A stretch of 64,000 nt of DNA, taken from Minisyncoccota bacterium. Lineage in GTDB: Bacteria > Patescibacteriota > Minisyncoccia > Phycocordibacterales > UBA2100. Made by a program: the position numbers and the translations under genes. The stretch is from NCBI GenBank assembly GCA_031291875.1, contig JARLIE010000112.1, positions 114 through 64,113 of the forward strand, written 5' to 3'. Shown in pieces: positions 54,161-63,400 of this stretch (positions are counted from its first letter, which is position 1; every line of letters begins with the position of its first letter). Below the pieces are notes generated by a model that saw nothing but the letters and a program-made list of their open reading frames with translations, searched no databases and was not told the DNA's origin.

Positions 54161-55021
54161 CTACTGGTGTTCGCTTTGGATTTTACCACCCATGGTTCGC
54201 AACTCATTCAGAAAGACGTTGCCCTCCTCTTGCGTCGGCGGCTTACCGTGCCACCGATAATCACCTTCGATTTCTTTGATGCCTTTGCCGGGGATCGTGT
54301 GGGCGATGATGAGCGTCGGTTTTTCCGCGATCGCCTTCGCCTCGTCGCACGCGGCGATGAATTGCGGGATATTGTGACCGTCGACTTCAAGCACGTGCCA
54401 GCCGAACGCTTCATACTTCTCGCGCAACGGTTCGAGCGGCATGATCGACTCGGTGTAACCGTCGATTTGGATATTATTGCGATCAATAATCCCCGTGAGG
54501 TTCGAGAGCTTGTTGGCACCGGCGAACATGATCGCTTCCCAGGTGTTGCCCGCGTCGTGTTCGCCATCGGACATCGCACAATAAATCCTAACCTTCGAAG
54601 CATCCATGCGCGCGGCGTATGCCATCCCGGCAGCTTGCGAAAGACCTGAGCCCAAAGGGCCGGAGGTGGTTTCGAGTCCGGGCAAGCGAACGCGTTCGGG
54701 GTGCCCTTGGAGACGAGAGCCGAATTTGCGTAGGGTCAGACACTCTTCAACCGGAAAGTAGCCGGCATGCGCCATTGCCGCGTAGCGCACGGGTACGATG
54801 TGACCATTGGAGAGCACGAGTCGATCACGCTGCGGGTGCTCGGGATTTTTGGGATCGTGCACGAGCACGTGGAAATAGAGCGCGGTAAAAATATCTGCCA
54901 TGCCCAAGGGCCCTGCGGTGTGTCCGGAACCGGCGGCAACCAGCATCTCAATGATCGTTTGCCGTAGCTCGTTCGCTTTGCTGGCGAGCGCTTTTGCTTC
55001 GGAATCCGTGAGGGGTTCCAT
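54161..55021 (-). CDS. Transketolase, N-terminal (thiamine-diphosphate-binding) subunit
   Basis: GSGHTAGPLGMADI, SNGH, GPLGSGLSQAAGMA and DGEHDAGNTWEA are TPP-binding motifs. Confidence 0.88.
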   Translation of the reverse strand: MEPLTDSEAKALASKANELRQTIIEMLVAAGSGHTAGPLGMADIFTALYFHVLVHDPKNPEHPQRDRLVLSNGHIVPVRYAAMAHAGYFPVEECLTLRKFGSRLQGHPERVRLPGLETTSGPLGSGLSQAAGMAYAARMDASKVRIYCAMSDGEHDAGNTWEAIMFAGANKLSNLTGIIDRNNIQIDGYTESIMPLEPLREKYEAFGWHVLEVDGHNIPQFIAACDEAKAIAEKPTLIIAHTIPGKGIKEIEGDYRWHGKPPTQEEGNVFLNELRTMGGKIQSEHQ

Positions 55022-55022
55022 G

Positions 55023-55187
55023 CTATTGAGAAAGCTCGAATGTCGGGCTCATGTATTTGAGATAGGGAGAATCGCGATTGATCGCGTTTACGACGGTCGT
55101 CGTCATAAAAATACCGAACGCGAGAATGAAGGCGACGGATATATAGAAGTTGACCTTTTGAGTGAGTGAAAACGAAGATGACATCAT
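55023..55187 (-). CDS. Possible small membrane protein (54 aa) between rpe and tktN; low confidence, no SD
   Basis: Open frame MMSSSFSLTQKVNFYISVAFILAFGIFMTTTVVNAINRDSPYLKYMSPTFELSQ with one TM helix. Its stop is 1 nt before the tktN ATG. Below the ORF-track size cut-off. Confidence 0.25.
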   Translation of the reverse strand: MMSSSFSLTQKVNFYISVAFILAFGIFMTTTVVNAINRDSPYLKYMSPTFELSQ

Positions 55188-55223
55188 ACTTCACGAATGT
55201 GCGCGTTCCCGCGCTTCTACGAA

Positions 55224-55886
55224 TTATAGCCCGCTTTGCGCGCTTGAGACCAACGTTTTATACACACTCGCGGGATCTTCTGCGTGAGAGAGCGCCGAAC
55301 CGACAGCAAAACGTCTTGCGCCGGCGCGGGCGAGCGTCGCTATTTGCGTCACGCCAATCCCGCCGTCGACCTCAATCATGAGTTCGGGATACCTCGCGTG
55401 TAAATCGGCTACCCTGCCGTAGGCTCGCTCATCGAACGGAATCCCCTGTACGCCGATGCGCGGTATAGACATAAGCGTGACGCAATCGCACGAGAGCACG
55501 AAGGGCTCGATCGTCTCGAGCGGTGCGTCGATGAGGAGTGCGATGCCTACCTCCTTCGCACCGTTTGATTTCCAGGCGTCGAACGCATGCTTTGCCTCGT
55601 CTTCGGATTCAAACGCCATCGCGTGGGCGATAATGCGCTTTGCGCCGGCAGCTACGAATGCGTTGCCAACAGCTTCCGGATGTTCAACCATCAAGTGTGC
55701 TTCGTAAAAGTACTCATCCGACTCGGGAAATCGGATTCCCGCCGGCGGCATCCAGGTTACATTCGGAGCGAATATGCCGTCAGCCGCGTCGACATGGAAC
55801 GTACGCGCGAAACCGCGAGATCGTTCGAAAAACGCGTCGATGTCCGCAGGCGAATTGGGTACAACAGTGGGAACAACCTCAATCAT
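55224..55886 (-). CDS. rpe: Ribulose-phosphate 3-epimerase
   Basis: HVDAADGIFAPN, metal-binding His/Asp, and the C-terminal GG..G phosphate-binding region. Confidence 0.85.
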   Translation of the reverse strand: MIEVVPTVVPNSPADIDAFFERSRGFARTFHVDAADGIFAPNVTWMPPAGIRFPESDEYFYEAHLMVEHPEAVGNAFVAAGAKRIIAHAMAFESEDEAKHAFDAWKSNGAKEVGIALLIDAPLETIEPFVLSCDCVTLMSIPRIGVQGIPFDERAYGRVADLHARYPELMIEVDGGIGVTQIATLARAGARRFAVGSALSHAEDPASVYKTLVSSAQSGL

Positions 55887-56374
55887 GCGAGTTCATCGAT
55901 CTGGCCGATGCGGCGCAGGTGGCGTTCGTCGTTCGGGAATTCGGTCGTGAGGAATTCGCGAACCGCGTCTTTGGCCTCGTCGAGCGATATAAAGCGGTAG
56001 CCGAAGCTCAGCGCGTTAGCGTCGTTGTGTTCACGTGCGGATCGGATGACATCCAAATGATTCCCCTGCATGTCGGTTTGTTCTCGGGATGCTTTGCCAT
56101 AGTAGAGCGCACAGCGAACGCCGCGAAAACGATTCGCCATCATCGCTTCTCCTTGGCCAGAGCCGCCGCCGAGAATCGCTCGGCTCTCGATGCCCGCAAG
56201 CGCGTCGGTAGAAAGCTTATGCGCGGCTTTCGAAATGATCGGCGGATAATCATCCGATGGATCGAGCTCGAATGCGCCGCAATCCTCAACGACGTGCCCG
56301 AGCTCTTGTACGAAGCGCATGAGCTCGCCTTTCATCTCAAACCCTCCATGATCGGCCGCGAAGTAGACTTTCAT
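55883..56374 (-). CDS. rpiB: Ribose-5-phosphate isomerase B (RpiB/LacAB family)
   Basis: MKVYFAADHGGFEMK, CG.G.G, and the C-terminal His region. Confidence 0.85.
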   Translation of the reverse strand: MKVYFAADHGGFEMKGELMRFVQELGHVVEDCGAFELDPSDDYPPIISKAAHKLSTDALAGIESRAILGGGSGQGEAMMANRFRGVRCALYYGKASREQTDMQGNHLDVIRSAREHNDANALSFGYRFISLDEAKDAVREFLTTEFPNDERHLRRIGQIDELA

Positions 56375-57391
56375 TTAGAGATGCTTTGTCGTTTCCGCAA
56401 CGTGCTCGACTAACGTGTGCACATACCCCATTTCGTTGTCGTACCACGCGAGAACCTTTACGAGGTTGCCGTCGATCACGCGTGTGAGGCCAAGATCCGC
56501 GATTGAGCCGTACGGCTCGCCGAGGATGTCGGATGAAACGAGTTCTTCTTCGGTGATGGTGAAGATTCCCTTCCAGCGATCCTGTGAGGCGGCGTTCTTG
56601 AGTGCCTGATTCACCTCTTCGACCGTGGTCGGGCGCTTCGCGATAAAGGTGACATCCGCGATAGAACCGGCCGGAACCGGAACGCGCAGTGAAATCCCGT
56701 CGAATTTCCCCTCAAGCGCCGGGTAGGCTTTGGTTACCGCAATTGCGGCGCCCGTGGAGGTAGGGACGATGTTGAGCGCAGCAGCGCGGCCTTCTTTCAT
56801 GTCTTTCTTGGAGGGTCCGTCGACGATCGCCTGGGAAGCTGTGTAGCCGTGCGTCGTGGAAAGCACTGCCTTTTCGATACCGATCGCCTCATCGAGAATC
56901 GCGATGACCGGAGAAGCTGCATTGGTGGTGCAGGATGCGTTGGAGGTAACAGAAACACTAGCGAAACGGTCGTTGTTGATGCCCATCAAGATCGTCGCGC
57001 CGGGAGTGGTGCCGTCGCCGTCCTTGGCCGGAGCTGTGATAACGACGCGCTTGGCGCCCGCAGTAAGGTGCGCGCCCGCTTTGGAGTAGTCGGTAAAAAG
57101 ACCGGTGGATTCAACGACAACGTCGACGCCGAGGTCTTTCCAAGGCAGGTGTGCCGGGTCCTTTTCAGCGAGAATTTTGATCTCCTTGCCGTCGACGATA
57201 AGGGCCCCTTCCTTAAAGGAGACGGAAAACGGCGCCTTTTTGTATACCGAGTCGTATTTCAATAAATAAGCCAAATTTTCGGGGGTCGTGAGGTCGTTGA
57301 TCGCAACGATTTCTATCTCAGAACGTCCGTGGGCTGCCCGTAAAAAACCTCGGCCAATGCGGCCAAAACCGTTAATCGCTATTTTTGCCAT
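56375..57391 (-). CDS. gap: Glyceraldehyde-3-phosphate dehydrogenase, type I
   Basis: INGFGRIGR (NAD binding), SNASCTTN (catalytic Cys), WYDNEMGY. Confidence 0.95.
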   Translation of the reverse strand: MAKIAINGFGRIGRGFLRAAHGRSEIEIVAINDLTTPENLAYLLKYDSVYKKAPFSVSFKEGALIVDGKEIKILAEKDPAHLPWKDLGVDVVVESTGLFTDYSKAGAHLTAGAKRVVITAPAKDGDGTTPGATILMGINNDRFASVSVTSNASCTTNAASPVIAILDEAIGIEKAVLSTTHGYTASQAIVDGPSKKDMKEGRAAALNIVPTSTGAAIAVTKAYPALEGKFDGISLRVPVPAGSIADVTFIAKRPTTVEEVNQALKNAASQDRWKGIFTITEEELVSSDILGEPYGSIADLGLTRVIDGNLVKVLAWYDNEMGYVHTLVEHVAETTKHL

Positions 57392-57457
57392 AGGGCTATC
57401 CTAGCATGGCAATTTTTGTGTCCTTTTAAACGCCTGTGAATGGTGCCCATTCACAGG

Positions 57458-60400
57458 TTACGGAGTTGTTGAGGTCGCACTGGTGCTTGTTGAGCTTGAG
57501 GTAGATGTTGAAGCTGTAGTCACTGGAGTGCTGGTGCTCGTTGAAGATGGCGTCGAGGTACTGCTTGAACTGGTCGAGGTCGCGCTCGTCGAAGTGCTCG
57601 TGGAACTCGTCGAGGTCGCAGCGTTCGGATCGACAACGTTCACAATGCGGGTCGCCGTGCCAGTGAGGCCGTTTTGGTCGGTCGCACTATAGACGATGGT
57701 GTGTTGGCCCGCGACCGAGGTGTCGATCGTGATTTGCGACATCGGAGTCGAGGTGGCGCCATCTACCGATGCAGTGATGCCGAGGTTCAAGTCCCCCGTC
57801 GGACCGGTGATCGTTGCGCCAAGGTCGTTGTACGTTGCACCAACATTCACGCTCGCGGGATTGTTGCCGTTCACCTGCAAGACCGGCGAAGTCGAGACAC
57901 TCGAGCTCGTGCTGCTCGAGGTCGACGAACTTGTGGTCGAACCAGTGGAGCTGCCGCTACCTGCGCCCGAGAGCAGCTGATCGAGCTGCGCCTTGGTTAC
58001 GCACGTCTGTGCGCCGGTCGAGTCGGAGATGCAGAGCTTCTGGGTGTCGACCTCGTTGGCATGGACAACCTTGGCGTAGAAGTCCTGGATCGTGTTGCCC
58101 GCATCCGCAAACCAGCTTGCGAGCGCCGATTTGACCGCCGAGAGGAAGCCTTGATCGAGAACCGGCGTCGTGCTCGTCGAGGAGGTCGCGGAGAACGAGT
58201 ACGGGAAGGCGGTAATGCAAGAGCCGTTGAGACAGAGCTTCGCGTTGGTCGTCGTCGCGGCCGTCGAGGTGCCGATGCCGAGGTCGCCGAACTGATCGAT
58301 GACGACGGCTGGCGTCGAAGTCCCCTCGTAGATCGAGATAATGCTCGGCATGGTCGTCGAGGCGTACGTCGCGTTGAAGACACTATTGATGTCTTGGATC
58401 GACTTCGTGAGGTACGGCGTGAAGCCGGCGTAGTTGAGGAGCAAGGTTCCGTTGTCGGACGACGTGACGAGATCCGGCAAGACCTGCTGTACCTGCTGCG
58501 CGATGAAACCGGAGTGCTGCGGCGTGCCGGTCGTTTCTGATTTCCAGTTGTAGTAGACCGGGTTGAGTTCCAAAATGTCGGTGAGCGCGGAAGAGGTCGA
58601 GATCGAATTGATGTTCTTCTTGAGCGTGATGTCGGAAGAACAGTTCACGCTGCCAGCAGTCGGATTGATCGTACATTCGCCGTTGGCGTTCTCGAATCCG
58701 GCGACGACACCGGAGACATTCGAGCTTCCGACTGTGAGAAGGTACGGCGCCGAGCTCGTGCCGATGCTCAAGCTGTTATTGAAGCTTCCAACGCCGTTGG
58801 AGTTGATTGAGAAGGCTGAGACGGACGAGGTTGCGGAGAAGGTCGAAGTTGCAACGTAGAGGTTGTTGCCGACAGAGCGGAAGGTCCAGGCGTTATCGGC
58901 GGCCGAGCCGTCGGCGAGCGCAAGTTGCGGGCCAGTGCTAGAAGCGATTTCAAGCGAGACTGAAGGAGTAGACGTACCGATGCCAACGTATGCGTTGGTG
59001 CTGCTACCAATCGAGTAGAGCGTGAGCGCCGTGCCGTAGGCCCCGGTCGTGCTGTTGTAAGCATTGAAGTTGAGGTTGGTGTTCAAGGTGGTCCCGACCG
59101 GAATCATTTCAATGTTCCAGTTGGTAGTAGTCGAGATGCTGCCGGTCCATGCGTTGCCGGAGAAACGCAAGCGCGGGGAGATTTGAACTGGTGCGCCAGC
59201 AGTCGCACCGGTGTTGTTCTGTAAAATCAAACCATCACTTGAGGTCGTGACAATGTTTGCGCGCGTAAGTGTTTCAATGTTGTTAACTGCAAGTGTTGAG
59301 TTGGCGGTAAACGCACCGAGCGCCAAAACAGGCGTGCCGAAGTGGGTAGTTGAAGTAAGACCAGTCGTTTGTCCGGTGGTCTGAGCAGTGGAATACGGCA
59401 TCGCATAGCCACCTGGGTTCAATTGCGCGCCCCAGGCGACGATCGTTTGCTTGTCGTTGCCGATCGTGACTAACGCTTTGGTATCAGAGCTCGAAGGGTT
59501 GTTTTGAATAACATCGAATCGTCTCCATTGCGACGTAATCGTCACAACATTGGCGGTACCGGTCGTGGTCGCCGTGCCAGTGCCCCAATCGACTTCAAGC
59601 GAAGTAGTTGCGGTGCCGCTCGCCGCGCGCAAGTAGACACTGAATGTCCAGCTGCCTGTAGTGCCGGCCGCGTTTACGAATTGGACAAGCTTTGATCCGC
59701 TTGCGGTGCCGGCGAGCTGCTGCGCCGTCGCCCCGCCACGAGGGTCGGTTTGCGAAGCAGTGATCGTTTCACTCGTTGCCGTCCACGTCGGACTAGAGTT
59801 GAAGGTTTCGGTTTGGAGCAGGTAGTTTTGGTACAGACCGACGTTTAGGAACGGACTGTCGATGTTGTAGAGCTCGGCGACGCTCGTGGTGCCGTTGAGT
59901 GCATCGATCGGCGCGATTGGGTCGGTGCGACCAAAACCGACATTACCTGCTTGCGAGATATGGAAGACGGAACCGCCGGAAGAGCTGGCCACATCGAGAA
60001 GCTGCGTTGCGGTCGAGAGACCCTGGATCGCGAACGAGGCCGCGTCCGTACTGGTGCCGACGGAGACGACGCCGTTTTGGTTGACCCCTCCGACAAAGAA
60101 CGAAGGTGTCGAACTGCCGGTGTTGGAAACAATGAATGCGGTCGGCAAGTTACCAATTTCTACGGCAAGTTTTGCGTACGAGGTAGTGGTGCCAATGCCA
60201 ACCAGGCCGACCGAAGAGTTTGTCGTCGAAATATTGAAGATCGGAATATTCGAGCTTGAGGTCGCGATTGAGAAAGCGTTTTTGGAGTTGTTCGGGACGA
60301 TAATGTCTGACGACGTTCCGAAGGTAAACGTGCCGTTGTCCTGGATAGTAAAGAGTGGGTTGTTGGAGGCGTCGGCTGCGGCAAAAGCATAGCCGGTGCC

Positions 60401-63400
60401 CAACGTGTCGGGGCCGCTGACCGAGAGCTTGGCCCACGGGCTTGTGGTGCCGACACCGATCGTTCCGGCGTTGGAAACAAAGAGTGTCGAGGTGCCGCTA
60501 ACGATTGCGCCGTTTGCCGCGTAGAACGCGAATTGTCCTTGCGTACCCGCGTTCACGCTCGGCGCGCCGCCGCCGGAAATACAGACGCCGTTATACGCAT
60601 AACAGCCGCTCGTGATATTGATGCCGCCGGTCGTCGAGAAGGTCGAGGTTGCGGTCGAGAAGTTGATGCCGTTGGTGTTGCCGATCGAGAAGAGTGAACC
60701 CGGGGTCGTCGTGCCGATACCGATGCTACCGGTTGAAAGGAAGCTGCCGCTGCCATTGAGACCAGTACCGTAAATAATATTACCGATATCGAGCTGGTTG
60801 GAGGCGGTCGTAGATGCAGCAGTAAGGCTGTTGCCGATCAAAATATTGTTAGTGCCGGTGGTGATACTGGGGTCGCTAAAATCATTTGAACCAAGGACGA
60901 TGTTGTGATTGCCGGTTGTAATCGTGCTTCCCGCAGCATTACCGATCAAGATGTTGTAATCTGAACCAGTCTGAGCATCAATGCCTGCATTGACGCCGAT
61001 GTATACGCCGCCCTGGTTGGAATAATTACCGGTGCCCGCGCCAGCACCGGCACCGATTGCGACCGTATTGGTCGCGGATTGATTATAGAAGAGTGCCGAA
61101 CTGCCGACTGCGACATTGGAATTGCCCGTAGTGTTGTTGGACAATGCACTGTTGCCGAGAGCGGCGTTGTTACCACCAGTGGTATTGAAATACATCGAAG
61201 ACACGCCGATCGCTTCGTTATTGGAACCCGTCGTGTTGTTGAACAATGAATATGCCCCGAAGATTGAGTTGCTACTGCCAGTCGTGTTATTGAATCCTGA
61301 TTGGAGACCGAAGAACGAGTTGGTATTTCCGATAGTGTCGTTATATCCCGATTCATAGCCAACGGTCGTGTTGTTGCTACCAGCTTCATCGTTAACATGA
61401 AGGAGTGACAAGAAACCGATTGCAGTGTTTCCCGTCGAAGAGGTGGCACTCTGGAGCGCGCCGTATCCAAAGAGTGTGTTCCCGGTTTGCGTTGTTGTGG
61501 CGAGTAGGCTTTGGCCGGCCGTGAGCCCAGCGATCGTTATACCGTTCGTGCTCGACGCGGTGAGGAGTGTAGTCCCATTCAATTGGTAGGTTCCGTTTGA
61601 TTGCACGTTGACCGTATTGAAGGCACCGGCACCGGCGTCGGTGAAGCTGCCGACGACCGTCGACGACGCTTGCGAAACGAAGCCTTGGCCGAACGTTTGG
61701 AGCGCGCTCCAGTTGGTCGCGATGGCGTTGAGACAATTTCCGCCAATTGCATAGCAGCCGTTTGCGAGGTTGAATCCGCCGCTCGTGTAGAACGTCGAGG
61801 TTGCCGTCGTGAAGTTGGCGACGTTATTGATCGCGAAGATAGAGCCAGGAGTCGTCGTGCCGATACCAATGTTGCCTGTTGAAAGAATGTTACCAACGCC
61901 TGTATTACCGGTGCCGAAGAGTATATTTTGGATATTGAGCTGACCGTTCGCCGTCGCTGATGGGAGTGCCAAGTTGGAGCCGATCAAAATGTTCTGTGAA
62001 CCGGTCGTAAGGTTGTTGATACCCGGCGTTGATGTTGCTGTGCCAATGATGACGTTGTTACTGCCGGAGGTGATACCGAAGCCCGCTTGGTAGCCGAGCA
62101 GTGTATTGAAGTCGGAACCGTTTCCGAATGAGAGGCCCGCCTGATACCCAACGACCGTGCCACCTTGGTTCGAGAATTGAGAAATGCCGGAAGCTGCGCC
62201 GAAACCGATTGCCACCGTATTCGTCGCGGAAACGTTGCTGTAGCCGGCGCTCAGACCGATACCGACGTTTTGGCTTCCGGTAGTGTTGAGCATGAATGTT
62301 TGCGAGCCGACACCAAGGTTATTACTACCAGTCGTGTTGTTGTAAAACGCATTCGTGCCGAAAGCAGAGTTATTGGAACCTTGATTGTATTTCAACGAAC
62401 CATCGCCCAAAGATGTGTTCGACGTAGTCCATGAACCGCCCAATGATTGAGAATCAGTTCCGATCGCAACATTGTAGGTACCAGTCGCGTTGTCGAGGAG
62501 CGCGTTACTACCGGCTGCAATGTTATATGAACCGGTCGTGTTGTTGATAAGCGCGAGCGAGCCAAGCGCAGTATTCTCGATGCCGCTCGTGTTCAGATTG
62601 AGCGCCCAAGCGCCGAGCGCGGTGTTGTGATCACCGGAAGAGTCGGCAGCAATTGCACCGAAACCAACCGCCGTGTTGTAACCAGTATGAAAGACGGTCG
62701 AACTGCCTTGCAATGCGGCAGTACCAACCGCGGTGTCATACAGGGATGTTGTCGCATATTGGAGTGCGTTGTAACCGATAGCAGTGGCAAAGTTGATAGC
62801 CGAGGTCAGATTTTGTCCTGCATTCAACCCGACCTCTGTTGAACCATTGGTCGTTGACGCATTGAGCAACAAGCTGCCGCCAAGCTGGTAGCCGCCGGTC
62901 GTCGGCGATGTGTTGATGAAGCCAGTCGTCGTGAGATTGCCGCCGATCGTCGCCGCACCGGAAGTCTGCAGGGTTCCGGCTGCGGTGTTGAGAACGCCGA
63001 GACCCAAACCTCCCGTAAAGTAGCCGTTGCCGATAACCGAAAGATTCGTTACCGGAGACGAGGTGCCAATACCGAGGTTGCCTGCGGCGGTAAGGCGCAT
63101 GCGCTCAAGCGTGCTGTCTGTGGTGCCCGGAAGACCGCTGAGTGTGTAGAACGCGAGATCGGTATTTTGCGCGCGCCAGTAGTTGCCCGCGCCGCCACCT
63201 GCGTTGATCGCCAAGTTGACTGCGGCGATCTTCGCGCCGATCGTGTCGTTTTGCACGTCGCGGTAGCTGGAGAAAACTATTTGATCGATTGACGAGGTCG
63301 CATTGAGTGCAACGTTGGTCGGGCCAGGGTTGATTCCACCGATACGAAGCGAAGTGGTCGTCGCGGACGAGTTGTTGTCGAGCGTCGCGAGCTCGAATGG

